Source of the DNA: Candidatus Binatia bacterium
GTDB lineage: Bacteria > Desulfobacterota > Binatia > HRBIN30
Assembly (NCBI GenBank): GCA_038245295.1
Contig: JBBRSP010000001.1
Location: 192,001 to 256,000 of the forward strand
Direction of reading: 5' to 3'
DNA length: 64,000 bases
Program-made: the position numbers and the translations under genes
Notes under the pieces: generated by a model
The model's database searches: none
What the model saw: only the letters and a program-made list of their open reading frames with translations
What the model was told of the DNA's origin: nothing
Shown: positions 1-10,152 of the stretch, piece after piece
Position numbering within the stretch: the stretch's first letter is position 1
Layout of the letters: each line of letters starts with the position of its first letter

Positions 1-1
1 G

Positions 2-520
2 TTGGTGGTGCCGCTGGCTCTGCTGATCACCCTGGTGCTGCTGTTCAATGCCTTCGGCCAATTCGCGCCGGCGGTGTTGGTGCTTCTCAATACACCGTTT
101 GCGCTCATCGGCGGCGTGGTGGCGTTGGGAGCGATGGCGATGCCGCTGTCGGTGTCGGCGGCGGTCGGCTTCATTGCCTTGATCGGTCAGGCCTCGCTGA
201 ATGGCGTTCTCGTGTTGTCGGCGATCATCGAGCGCCGCGCCGCCGGTAGCGGACTCGACGAGGCGATTCGCCAAGGTTGTCTGGATCGACTGCGCCCCGT
301 CTTGATGACCGCGGCTCTCGCCGCCCTCGGCTTGGTGCCGGCCGCCCTGAGCCACGCGATTGGTAGCGAAGTGCAGCGACCGATCGCGGTGGTCATCGTG
401 GGCGGCACGATCAGCGCCTGCTTGCTGACGCTGATCGTCTTGCCGGCGATGTATGGATTGTGGGTTCGGTTCTTAGGCCGAATGAGTAGAGGGTTGTCTA
501 CGGTCCCAAGCGTCGATTGA
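2..520 (+). CDS. CusA/CzcA-family RND efflux permease, C-terminal fragment (runs off window start)
   Basis: Final TM helices with GFIALIG..LNGVL, RLRPVLMTA, GSEVQRPIAVVIVGG motifs typical of heavy-metal RND pumps. Confidence 0.9.
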   Translation: MVVPLALLITLVLLFNAFGQFAPAVLVLLNTPFALIGGVVALGAMAMPLSVSAAVGFIALIGQASLNGVLVLSAIIERRAAGSGLDEAIRQGCLDRLRPVLMTAALAALGLVPAALSHAIGSEVQRPIAVVIVGGTISACLLTLIVLPAMYGLWVRFLGRMSRGLSTVPSVD

Positions 521-532
521 GCCCGTCCGCGG

Positions 533-607
533 TGCATATGCCGCCTGCACCAAACTTTCGAGGCGCCCCGCATCCGCATATTTGAGCAGGTGCGAAAAAT
601 TAGAGCA
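533..607. promoter_or_regulatory. Two candidate NtrC-type enhancer sites (TGC-N11-GCA)
   Basis: TGCATATGCCGCCTGCA at 533-549 and TGCGAAAAATTAGAGCA at 591-607, upstream of a sigma54 motif and a PII-amt operon. Confidence 0.5.
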
Positions 608-636
608 GCTATCCCGTTCCGTCGCCTCACGTTTGA

Positions 637-1083
<447 letters not shown>

Positions 1084-1100
1084 TCTGAAAGGTGGAGGGT

Positions 1101-2807
1101 ATGCGAAACGATCGAGCAAAAGTGGTGTTCACGGTGAGACGGCGTCTGGCATTCGCCGTCTCTGCCCTGGCTGTGATGGCAACGACTGCGCTTCTGCCGA
1201 AGCAGAGCTGGGCGGAGGATGCACCGGCGGTTCCGGGCTATTTCAGTGGGGCCAACACGGATCCCGCGAAGCCCACGTGGCCCGATCCAACGGGTGGAGC
1301 AACGGGCGTGTGGGCGACTCCGGCCGGAGATGCCAAGGGCGATGTGCCGTCGACGTTGTCGGTGGCCGACGTTTACGACCGGGTGGCGCACAATCTGGTG
1401 TCCATCAACATGATGTGGGTGCTGATCGCCGGGTTCCTGGTGATGTTCATGCAGGCCGGCTTCATGATGGTGGAAGTTGGCTTGTGCCGCGCCAAGAACG
1501 CGTCGCACACATCGGCCATGAACTTCATGGTGTACCCCCTCGGTTGCCTGGCCTTCTGGGCCTACGGTTTTGCGATCGGGTGGGGCAACTGGTTCAACGG
1601 CCCGGTACCTCCGGGCTGGTACGCATCGCTCGGGCCCGGCCTATCGGTGCTCAACAGCGGTATCGGGATCGGTGGTGACGGCGGCAATATCTTCACCTAC
1701 GGGCTCATGGGGACGAAAGGGTTCTTCCTGGGCTCCGGTGTTACCGACGTCAGTGTCATGGCGATGTTCTTCTTCATGATGGTGTTCATGGACACCACGG
1801 CGACGATCCCCACCGGTGCGATGGCGGAACGCTGGGCGTGGCGTAACTTCATCATCTTCGCCCTCTGGGTCGCTTTGCCCTACTGCCTGTTCGCCAACTG
1901 GGTATGGGGCGGCGGCTGGCTGGCCCAGGCCGGGCTCAACTGGGGACTTGGTCATGGTGCCGTCGACTTTGCCGGCTCCGGTGTCGTGCACGCCATGGGC
2001 GGGTTCATCGGCCTGGCGGGTGCGATGGTCCTCGGGCCACGGCTGGGTAAGTTCGTCAATGGAAAACCGCAGGCGATCCCCGGACACAGCATCCCGATGG
2101 TCGTCGCTGGAACGTTCATCCTCGCCTTCGGTTGGTTCGGGTTCAACCCGGGTTCAACTCTGTCTGGAACCGATCTGCGCATCAGCTTCGTAGTTGTAAA
2201 CACGATGCTGGCGAGCATCACGGGCGCGATTGGTGCGATGGCCTGTCTGGAGTTCAAGGGACTCAAACACGATCCGTCGATGCTCTGTAACGGAATGCTC
2301 GCCGGTCTCGTGGCGATTACGGCACCGTGCGCCTTCGTTGACCCGTGGGCGGCGGCTCTAATTGGCCTGATCGGCGGGGTGCTTGTCGTTTACTCAGTCC
2401 TCTTCTGGGAGAACGCGGGCATCGACGATCCGGTTGGCGCGATATCTGTCCATGGTATCAACGGCCTGTGGGGTCTGATCTCGCTCGGAATCTTCGCCAA
2501 CGGCGCCTACGGCGCGGGTTGGAATGGTGTGGTTCGCGACGAATTCGTCAAACTCTACGGATCTGATGGCGTTCGTGGCCTGCTGTACGGCGACCCGTCC
2601 CAGTTTGTCGCTCAGTTGTTGGATGCTGTAGTCGTGGCGGTCTTTGGTTTCGCCATGGCGTATGTCTGGTTCAAGCTCAGCGACAAGATCACGCCGATTC
2701 GCGTCTCCGAGGAAGTCGAATACGAAGGTCTCGACATCCCCGAAGTCGGCGCACCGGCATACCCAGACTTCGCCACCCACAAGGGTGGACGAAGCATGGT
2801 TGGTTAA
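1101..2807 (+). CDS. amtB: Ammonium transporter (Amt) with long N-terminal extension
   Basis: FMQAGF, GAMAER, DFAGSGVVH, WFGFNPGS, NGMLAGLVAITA, DDPVGAISVHG motifs; GGAGGG RBS before ATG 1101. Confidence 0.95.
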   Translation: MRNDRAKVVFTVRRRLAFAVSALAVMATTALLPKQSWAEDAPAVPGYFSGANTDPAKPTWPDPTGGATGVWATPAGDAKGDVPSTLSVADVYDRVAHNLVSINMMWVLIAGFLVMFMQAGFMMVEVGLCRAKNASHTSAMNFMVYPLGCLAFWAYGFAIGWGNWFNGPVPPGWYASLGPGLSVLNSGIGIGGDGGNIFTYGLMGTKGFFLGSGVTDVSVMAMFFFMMVFMDTTATIPTGAMAERWAWRNFIIFALWVALPYCLFANWVWGGGWLAQAGLNWGLGHGAVDFAGSGVVHAMGGFIGLAGAMVLGPRLGKFVNGKPQAIPGHSIPMVVAGTFILAFGWFGFNPGSTLSGTDLRISFVVVNTMLASITGAIGAMACLEFKGLKHDPSMLCNGMLAGLVAITAPCAFVDPWAAALIGLIGGVLVVYSVLFWENAGIDDPVGAISVHGINGLWGLISLGIFANGAYGAGWNGVVRDEFVKLYGSDGVRGLLYGDPSQFVAQLLDAVVVAVFGFAMAYVWFKLSDKITPIRVSEEVEYEGLDIPEVGAPAYPDFATHKGGRSMVG

Positions 2808-2831
2808 CCTCGCCTCTCCTTCCCTCCGTCG

Positions 2832-2868
2832 ACCGGGCCACAATCGTATCCTGCGGTTGTGGCCCGGT
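2832..2868 (+). terminator. Strong hairpin after amt (terminator-like, weak U tract)
   Basis: ACCGGGCCACAATCG / CGGTTGTGGCCCGGT 15-bp stem. Confidence 0.55.
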
Positions 2869-2912
2869 TCGCATTCGGCATAGAGGAGTATGACGACAAT
2901 GAGTGGCCGAGC

Positions 2913-4316
2913 ATGAACGACAATAGGCATCTTCAAGAGGCGCTGCGCTCAAAGCATCAGGCGGGTGCGGCCAGGCGCCATTGGCTTGCGGCCGGTAGCA
3001 TTGCTCTGCTGCTCCTTGCTGCCCCCGCCTTCGCCGAAGGATCGGACGGCGGTGCTCATAGTGACCCCGTGGCCTCGGTAGGTATCGCCCTGGTTGTCAT
3101 TCTGACCGCGGCCAAACTGGGCTCCGAGCTCTCCACGCGCGTCGGTCAGCCCGGTGTGCTGGGTGAGCTCCTCGCCGGCGTCATTCTGGGCAATCTGATT
3201 CTCCTTGGCTTTCACGGCGTCGAGCACATCGCGTCGGACCAGTTCGTCGACATGTTGGCGCGCATCGGCGCTCTCATCCTCCTGTTCGAGGTCGGCCTGG
3301 AGTCGACCATCAGCCAGATGCTCAAAGTAGGTCTTTCGTCCTTCGTCGTCGCGACCCTGGGCGTCATCGCGCCGTTCATCCTGGGGTACGGTGTCGGACG
3401 GTACTTTCTACCCAGCGCGAGCCCTTACGTGTCCGTTTTCCTCGGCGCCACGCTGACGGCGACCAGCGTCGGCATCACGGCACGCGTGCTGAAGGACCTG
3501 GGGGCGGCGCAGAGCAACGAGGGGCGCATCATCCTCGGTGCCGCGGTGATCGATGACGTGATGGGCCTGGTGATCCTGGCAGGTGTAACGGGAATTATTG
3601 CGGCAGCAAACACCGGCGGCACGCTGTCGTACATCGACATCGGCATCACTCTCGCCAAGGCGATAGGATTTCTGGTCGGCTCTGTCGTGTTGGGCGTATA
3701 CTTGTCGCCGCGAATGTTTTCCGTCGCGTCGCACCTCCAATCGCGCGGCGTTCTCCTGGCCCTTGGCCTAGCATTCTGTTTCCTGCTGTCGTGGATCGCC
3801 GCGGCGGTTGGTCTGGCGGCAATTGTCGGTGCCTTCGCCGCCGGCCTAATCCTGGAGGACGTGCACTACAGTGATTTTACGGAACGCGGGGAGCGCGGGC
3901 TAGCCGAGTTGATCCATCCGATCTCGTCGTTTCTCGTGCCGATTTTCTTCGTGCTCATGGGCATGCGCACCGATCTGCGATCCTTTCTCCAGCCGGGTGT
4001 GCTTGGCCTGGCCTCGGCGCTGACCATCGCGGCGATCCTCGGCAAGCAGGTGTGTGCCTTCGGCGTGATCGGACGCGGCGTTGATCGGCTGACAGTCGGT
4101 GTGGGAATGATTCCTCGCGGCGAAGTCGGACTGATCTTCGCAAATATCGGGCTGACCCTCACCGTGGCGGGCACGCGCATCATCGACCAGGCGAGCTTTT
4201 CGGCGGTCGTCGTCATGGTGATCGTGACCACAGTAGTGACACCGCCCGCACTCAAATGGGCTCTCGCCCGCGCGGCGCGCAAAGGGACAGCGGGGATCGA
4301 CGGCATAACCGCGTGA
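2913..4316 (+). CDS. CPA2-family cation:proton antiporter
   Basis: GELLAGVILG, LLFEVGLE, ATSVGIT, GAAVIDD, PIFFV, GMIPRGEVGLI motifs; start uncertain (the GTG at 2859 lies inside the hairpin). Confidence 0.9.
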   Translation: MNDNRHLQEALRSKHQAGAARRHWLAAGSIALLLLAAPAFAEGSDGGAHSDPVASVGIALVVILTAAKLGSELSTRVGQPGVLGELLAGVILGNLILLGFHGVEHIASDQFVDMLARIGALILLFEVGLESTISQMLKVGLSSFVVATLGVIAPFILGYGVGRYFLPSASPYVSVFLGATLTATSVGITARVLKDLGAAQSNEGRIILGAAVIDDVMGLVILAGVTGIIAAANTGGTLSYIDIGITLAKAIGFLVGSVVLGVYLSPRMFSVASHLQSRGVLLALGLAFCFLLSWIAAAVGLAAIVGAFAAGLILEDVHYSDFTERGERGLAELIHPISSFLVPIFFVLMGMRTDLRSFLQPGVLGLASALTIAAILGKQVCAFGVIGRGVDRLTVGVGMIPRGEVGLIFANIGLTLTVAGTRIIDQASFSAVVVMVIVTTVVTPPALKWALARAARKGTAGIDGITA

Positions 4317-4410
4317 AGCGCGGTCCCTGGGCTCGGCGCCCCTGCAACATTAGCGAGTTCATTGCGTCGGGCCTCCCGTTCAGGTAACCGCGCTGGTGCA
4401 GGAGGATCAC

Positions 4411-4656
4411 GTGTCGGAAGAAGAAGATCTCAAAGCTCAACTCGCCCGCCTCAAGGCGGAGAACGAATCCCTCAAGCAGCGTCAAACCAAGGGCCTGTCC
4501 CTGCGCGTCAGCGAAAAGGGCGGCCTATCGGTGTATGGCCTCGGCCGTTTCCCGGTGACTCTCTACAAAGAACAGTGGGCCCGGCTGCTGGATATGGCTG
4601 ACGACATCCGTCAGTTCCTCAAGGAGAATGACGACAAACTGAAGTCGCGCGAGTAG
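4411..4656 (+). CDS. Small conserved hypothetical protein (coiled coil plus VSEKGGLSVYGLGRFPVTLYKEQW motif)
   Basis: GGAGGA RBS then GTG; typical codon usage; 81 aa. Confidence 0.8.
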   Translation: MSEEEDLKAQLARLKAENESLKQRQTKGLSLRVSEKGGLSVYGLGRFPVTLYKEQWARLLDMADDIRQFLKENDDKLKSRE

Positions 4657-4667
4657 AGGGTCCAGCC

Positions 4668-5045
4668 GTGGCCGCCAAATCACCGGAAGAGGTCGATGCC
4701 CAGTTCGAGCGTTGTCTGAACGCTGGCGACGTCGACGGCGTCGTTGCTCTCTACGAACCGCAAGCAACCTTCGTTGGGCAAGAGGGCCCACCGGCAATTG
4801 GCCACGCGGCCATTCGTGCCGCGGTGGCCGCCTTTGCGGCAATGAAACCCAAGCTGAAGATGGGGGGCACCAAGATCGTCCCTGCCACCGCCAATCTGGC
4901 CGTGAGCTACAACGACTGGAGTATGACGGCGACCGGACCCGACGGTGCTCCGCTGGCCCTCAGCGGTAAGGCCACTGAGATCGTCCGCCGCCAGCCTGAC
5001 GGTAGCTGGCTGTTCGTCCTCGACGATCCCAACATGCGGGGGTGA
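4668..5045 (+). CDS. YybH/SnoaL-like NTF2-fold protein
   Basis: LNAGDVDGVVALYEPQA and EIVRRQPDGSWLFVLDDP pattern. Confidence 0.85.
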   Translation: MAAKSPEEVDAQFERCLNAGDVDGVVALYEPQATFVGQEGPPAIGHAAIRAAVAAFAAMKPKLKMGGTKIVPATANLAVSYNDWSMTATGPDGAPLALSGKATEIVRRQPDGSWLFVLDDPNMRG

Positions 5046-5060
5046 GACAGATTCCGTCGA

Positions 5061-5161
5061 TGTCGGGCAAGGGCACGGGCGAAGGCCAGGTGCTGGATTC
5101 GCCTGATGGGCTGCGGGAAGCGCCATTCCAATCTTAAACTTGCCCGTGCCCGTGCCCGGCA
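5061..5161. repeat. Palindromic element with hexamer (GGGCAC)n arms
   Basis: TGTCGGGCAAGGGCACGGGCGAAG (5061-5084) is an imperfect inverse of CTTGCCCGTGCCCGTGCCCGGCA (5139-5161). Confidence 0.8.
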
Positions 5162-5223
5162 AAAGCCGATATCCAAGCGCGCGGCTGGAGTAGTGTCCCC
5201 ACTCCGACTATTGTTCTCAATCT

Positions 5224-6267
5224 GTGCCTGAATCGATCGTCAGCATTACTCGCGTCGCCTCCGGCGTTGGGCGTGACGCCGTGTTTGCGGCGGTGCGCCA
5301 GGCCATGGAGTTGGCGGACTGGCAAGCCGCCATTCCCCGCGGCGCCGACGTCGCCCTCAAACCCAATCTAGGTTGGGATCTCCTGCTGCCGGGTTCTACG
5401 ACGTCTCCCTGGGTGCTCGAAGGGGTCGTACGGACAATCCGCGACTGGGTCGGTACGATCTACGTCGTCGAGTCCAACCAGGTCGTGGTTGACGTGGAGA
5501 AAGCCTTCCGGCTGAGTCGCATCGATCGTGTCTGCGACGAGTATGGCCTGCGGTGGACCAACATGACGGATATGCCGCTCGTTGAAGTCGATTTGCCGAA
5601 CGGTCGTGTGTTGAAGAAGGTCCTCGTGCCGGAGGTCCTCCTGCGCACCAAGCTCATCACGATTCCGGTGATGAAGACGCACAACAAGACGACGATTACC
5701 GGTGCCATCAAGAACCAGTGGGGCTGCCTGCCGATGTTTCGGCACAACTATCATCTGGTCCTCGACGCAGCCCTCGCCGACATCAACAGCGTGTCGCGGC
5801 CGGTGTTTGCGGTCATGGACGCAACCGTCGGCCTCGAGGGCGACAGCCCCAAGTCGGGCATCCCTCGTGTGGTCGACCGTATCCTGGCCGCCGCCGACGC
5901 CGTCGCCCTTGATGCGGTCGCCGCCAAGATCATGGGCTTCGATCCGGCGTTGATTGGCCACTTGAGCGAATGTGTCGCCGCCGGGTTGGGCACGTCCGAC
6001 CTGAAACGAATTCGGGTGCGCGGCAGCGACGACCTCAATCTCAACCTGCGCTTCATCCCGGCCGCCCACAATCTCGTGTCGCGCTTCGAGCTGCTGTTGC
6101 GCCGTCGCGCCTTCTTGCGGCCGTTGTTCTTCGACACGCCATTGTTCGACGTTTGTTGTCGTCTCACCGTCGCATACTACGACGTGTGGTACTCCCTACT
6201 CGGCATCGGGCGCCGCCGTTGCGACAAGATTCTTTCCGAAACCGCCTACGGCGAGCAGTGGCGCTGA
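5224..6267 (+). CDS. DUF362 domain protein
   Basis: VALKPNL, TTSPWVLE, PVMKTH..T.ITGAIKNQWG, DAVALD motifs. Confidence 0.85.
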   Translation: MPESIVSITRVASGVGRDAVFAAVRQAMELADWQAAIPRGADVALKPNLGWDLLLPGSTTSPWVLEGVVRTIRDWVGTIYVVESNQVVVDVEKAFRLSRIDRVCDEYGLRWTNMTDMPLVEVDLPNGRVLKKVLVPEVLLRTKLITIPVMKTHNKTTITGAIKNQWGCLPMFRHNYHLVLDAALADINSVSRPVFAVMDATVGLEGDSPKSGIPRVVDRILAAADAVALDAVAAKIMGFDPALIGHLSECVAAGLGTSDLKRIRVRGSDDLNLNLRFIPAAHNLVSRFELLLRRRAFLRPLFFDTPLFDVCCRLTVAYYDVWYSLLGIGRRRCDKILSETAYGEQWR

Positions 6268-6282
6268 AGGCTGACGACGAGC

Positions 6283-7590
6283 ATGCGAATCGGCATCATT
6301 GGTGGTGGCGTCGCCGGACTCGGCGCGGCATATTTTCTGTCGCGCGACGGCCATCAGGTGGAGGTCTTCGAACGCGCGCCGGAGCTGGGCGGCCTCGCCG
6401 GTAGTTTCGATTTTGACGGCATCGAGGTCGAAAAGTACTACCACTTCATCTGCCGCGACGATGTCGACCTGCTCGAGATGGCGCAGGCGCTGGGGCTGGG
6501 AGACGAAATCGAGTGGCAGCCCGGCCGTATGCGTTTCTTCTGCGCCGGCAAACTCTACCGCTTCGAGATGCCTTGGGATTTGCTGCGCTTCACACCCCTG
6601 TCGCTCGTCGAGCGGATCCGTTTTGGGCTGTGCGTCGCCCTGTCGCGCAAGAGCGGCGCCACCGCGGATCTCGACAACATCACGGCGCGCGACTGGCTGG
6701 TGGCGCAGATCGGCGAGCATGCCTACCAGATCGTCTGGGAACCGCTGCTGCGGTTGAAATTTGGTAGCGACCGTGACCGCGTCTCCGCTTCGTGGATTTG
6801 CCACCGCATCCATCGAGTCGCACGCTCGCGCCGTCATCTGCTGGCGCGCGAGGATCTCGGCTTCTTGCGTCGCGGCACTCCCGTTCTGCTGGAACGACTC
6901 GTCGAGCAACTGCGGCGCGCCGAGGTGGGTTTGCACACCGCCACCGTAGTCGACTCGTTGACCTTTCACGACGGCGCCGCGAGCGGCCTCGTCGTGGCCG
7001 GGGCGGAGCGCCGCTTCGATGCGCTGGTCTCAACGGCGCCGCTGCCGATTTTGGCGTCGCTGCTCGGGGCGGAAGCGGCGGCACGTCTGCCGGGGATCAA
7101 TAGCGTCCGCTACAGTGCCGTTGTTTGCCTCATTTTGAAATTGCGCCGGCCGCTCACCGATGGCTTCTGGATCAATACCCACGATCCGCGCGTGCCCTTC
7201 GCCGGCTTCATCGAGTATACCAACCTGAACCCGCGCCGCGATGCCGACTCGCCGCACATCGCCTACGTTCCGTTCTACCTGCCGCCGGAGTCGGAACGCC
7301 TGACCATGTCCGACGAGCAGATCTATCGCGACTGCCTCGAAGGCTTACGCGTGGTGGTTCCGGAATTCGGTGAATACTGGGTGCTTGGTTATCGCGTCTT
7401 TCGCGATCGCTACGCCCAGGCGGTTTGCACCGTTGGGTTCGGCCGCGCCTTACCGCCCGTCGCGTCGCCGATCCCCAGACTCTACGTGACCGATTCGACG
7501 CAGCTTTATCCCAGCGATCGCACCATCAGCGGCATGTTGGGGCAAGCGAAACGCGTCGCCGCCCTTATCCGCAATCCCGCGCTCACTTAG
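6283..7590 (+). CDS. FAD-dependent oxidoreductase (protoporphyrinogen oxidase/amine oxidase-like)
   Basis: IGIIGGGVAGL dinucleotide fold, ERAPELGGLA, EKYYHFI, IEYTN, YPSDR motifs. Confidence 0.85.
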   Translation: MRIGIIGGGVAGLGAAYFLSRDGHQVEVFERAPELGGLAGSFDFDGIEVEKYYHFICRDDVDLLEMAQALGLGDEIEWQPGRMRFFCAGKLYRFEMPWDLLRFTPLSLVERIRFGLCVALSRKSGATADLDNITARDWLVAQIGEHAYQIVWEPLLRLKFGSDRDRVSASWICHRIHRVARSRRHLLAREDLGFLRRGTPVLLERLVEQLRRAEVGLHTATVVDSLTFHDGAASGLVVAGAERRFDALVSTAPLPILASLLGAEAAARLPGINSVRYSAVVCLILKLRRPLTDGFWINTHDPRVPFAGFIEYTNLNPRRDADSPHIAYVPFYLPPESERLTMSDEQIYRDCLEGLRVVVPEFGEYWVLGYRVFRDRYAQAVCTVGFGRALPPVASPIPRLYVTDSTQLYPSDRTISGMLGQAKRVAALIRNPALT

Positions 7591-9079
7591 TTGGGCAGCC
7601 GCGTAGATGCATCCAGCGGCGATCACTGGATTCGGCCAGCGGTTCGGTTGTGTCAGGAAGGTTAAGGCTTGTGGCGCTCTCAGCAGGCAGCGCCTCAGTG
7701 GCAGGCACGACCTTCACGTCGTAGTCGGCGCACAACACCAGCTTGTGCATTAGGCCGCTAGTGAAGACGAGACCGGTAACGCCTTCCTCGTGTACGTATA
7801 CCGTCTCGACGGGGCGCTCTCGTGTCGCCTCATAGGCGGTGTGCACCCAGCGCAAGGCGCTGAAACTGAAACTGCGCAGAAACGCGAACTCACCGGATGC
7901 CTCCACCCGCTCCAATCCGCCATTTAGTTGGACGGTAGCGAACCAGACGGCGAAACCGCCGGCGATCGCCAGATTGACCCAGGCACGCCGCCGACCGAGG
8001 GCGGAGAGAGCGATGGCAGCTCCGAGCCCAGGGATCGAAATGTAGTACGAGTAGCGGTGCAGGACCAAGGGAAGAACCGGTGCGACGCCGATGACGAACA
8101 TGCCCATCCCCAGCGCCAGGAGGCTGGGCGCGGACGATGGGTCGCCGCTCCAAACGCCCCACACCACAGCAACGGCGGCCGCCGCCAGGACCGCGATACC
8201 GAGATAAAGAGCCGCCGCATCACTCGGCAACATCTGGTAGAGCGGTCCAAACATGTAGGTCACGTAGTATCCGAGATTGGTGAGGATGACTTGCGGGTCG
8301 AGGGAAGTTGCATACTCCTTCGAGATGAACGCCTGTGCGAAGGGAGACGGAAAATCGTACCACAGGAAGAATCGCAGGTAGACGATTTTGGCGATCAGGT
8401 AGAACGCGGCGATGGCGATGAAGGGCAGCAACGCCCGCGTATCGACGGCACGCCGGTCGGCCGGTAGGGCGGTCAGGGATAGGAGTAACAGTGTGGCCGG
8501 TAGGGTTACGCCGTGTTCGCTCGAGCACAGTGCCAGGAAAAACCAGAAGAACGTCGTGACGGTGCGCCGTCGCGGCGGTCCCAGCCAGCGTAAGACGGCG
8601 GCGAAGTAGAAGGTCGCCGTAAGGACCGCCGTGGCCAACGAATTCCAACACGCGGCAATCGCGTGGCCGGGGGCGAGTCCGTACACCACCGAACAGAGGG
8701 CGGCGACCAGCGGCCGCTGTGTCAGGCGCTGGACGACGCCGAACACCAGCATCGAGTTGACGACGACGAGGCCGATCTGGACCATATGATAGTAGCGCGA
8801 ATCGTAGCCGAAGAGCTCGCGTAGCCCCCAGAAGTAGGCCACCATTGAAATCGGCCTGTAGAGCAAGAACCCGTTGTTCGGCTTGAAGAACTGCCAGAAG
8901 TCGAGCGGTGTATGGATGTCGAGTTTGCTGGCGCCGCCGATGGCCCAGAAGTCGTCGAAGTGAAAGAACAGATCGACACAGAAGCCATAAGCCCAATTGG
9001 CGTAGGTGACCTGCACGGCCAACGTGACAGCCGCCCACAAGATTACCGAGCGGCGCTCGGCGCGTTCGAGGGAGCCCAT
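7583..9079 (-). CDS. Polytopic membrane protein, GT-C (lipid-phosphate-sugar glycosyltransferase)-like
   Basis: DDF after TM1, YRP motif, about 11 TM segments, LCSSEHG; ATGA-coupled to upstream dehydrogenase. Confidence 0.6.
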   Translation of the reverse strand: MGSLERAERRSVILWAAVTLAVQVTYANWAYGFCVDLFFHFDDFWAIGGASKLDIHTPLDFWQFFKPNNGFLLYRPISMVAYFWGLRELFGYDSRYYHMVQIGLVVVNSMLVFGVVQRLTQRPLVAALCSVVYGLAPGHAIAACWNSLATAVLTATFYFAAVLRWLGPPRRRTVTTFFWFFLALCSSEHGVTLPATLLLLSLTALPADRRAVDTRALLPFIAIAAFYLIAKIVYLRFFLWYDFPSPFAQAFISKEYATSLDPQVILTNLGYYVTYMFGPLYQMLPSDAAALYLGIAVLAAAAVAVVWGVWSGDPSSAPSLLALGMGMFVIGVAPVLPLVLHRYSYYISIPGLGAAIALSALGRRRAWVNLAIAGGFAVWFATVQLNGGLERVEASGEFAFLRSFSFSALRWVHTAYEATRERPVETVYVHEEGVTGLVFTSGLMHKLVLCADYDVKVVPATEALPAESATSLNLPDTTEPLAESSDRRWMHLRGCPTK

Positions 9080-10101
9080 CAAGGTTCGATGGAAACCTTG
9101 ATGGCGCCGCTCGTCTTGTCGGCTGCCGTGACAAACCCCTGCTGAATGTCGGCGAGGCCAAAGCGGTGTGTGATCAGGCTACGAAATGTCACGGGATCGC
9201 GCACCAGCAGGTCGAGGGCAATATCGAAGTCAGCCCGCGCTGCCGTTCGGCCGTAGACGATGGAGCCGATGAGACGGATCTCTTTGAGGACGAGCAAGAG
9301 CGGGTTGATCATCGGCACGCTGGAGAAGATGCCGAGGATGACGATGGTGCCGCCGCGCCGCACCAGTTGCGTCGCCTCGTTAAGGGTGTCGGCGGCGCCA
9401 CCGACGGTTTCGATCACGACATCGATGGCCGCGCTATCGGTTGCCGCTGATAGCTCGGCGTCGGCGTTGCTGCCGGTGAAGACGTGTGTTGCGCCAAGGC
9501 GTCGCGCTGCGGCTGCTTGTTGCGGGTGTCGTGCGGTGACCCATACTTCACCGGCTCCGGCGGCGCGTGCCGCGGTGATCGCTGTCAGGCCAATCGTGCC
9601 GGCGCCTTGCACCAGTACCCGGTCTCCCATTCGAATGCCGCCGAGGCGCGCCGCGTGAACGCTCACCGCCAGCGGCTCGGCCAGTGAGCCGAGCTCGACG
9701 TCGACGCCGCGCGGCAGCGCGAACAGGGCATAAGCGGGTGCAAGAGTATATTCGGCAAAGCCACCGTCGAGGGCGTTGCCGAGCACGCGCATCTGGCGAC
9801 AGAGTTGGTAGTTTCCGGTGCGGCAGAAGCCACACTCTCGGCACACGACGATGGGCTCGACGACAACCAGATCGCCCTCGTGCAGATCGGTGACGCCGTG
9901 TCCGACCTCGGCCACTTCGGCGCTGATCTCGTGGCCCGGACATACCGCAGGCGGCGGAAAGCCACCCTGGAAGAAGTGCAGATCGCTGCCGCATATGCCG
10001 CAACGTCGCACGCGGACGACAACGTTTCCTTCGCTGACGATCGGCCGCGCGACATCGCGCAACTCGATGGTCCGACTGCCAGTGCACAGTGCCGATTGCA
10101 T
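9079..10101 (-). CDS. Zn-dependent medium-chain dehydrogenase (threonine/sorbitol DH-like)
   Basis: CGICGSDLH, GHE, CRECGFCRTGNYQLC structural Zn site, GAGTIG. Confidence 0.92.
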   Translation of the reverse strand: MQSALCTGSRTIELRDVARPIVSEGNVVVRVRRCGICGSDLHFFQGGFPPPAVCPGHEISAEVAEVGHGVTDLHEGDLVVVEPIVVCRECGFCRTGNYQLCRQMRVLGNALDGGFAEYTLAPAYALFALPRGVDVELGSLAEPLAVSVHAARLGGIRMGDRVLVQGAGTIGLTAITAARAAGAGEVWVTARHPQQAAAARRLGATHVFTGSNADAELSAATDSAAIDVVIETVGGAADTLNEATQLVRRGGTIVILGIFSSVPMINPLLLVLKEIRLIGSIVYGRTAARADFDIALDLLVRDPVTFRSLITHRFGLADIQQGFVTAADKTSGAIKVSIEP

Positions 10102-10152
10102 CGCCGAGTTATTGGCAAGACTCGGTCCCAAATGGAAGCACGCCGGCGCCGC

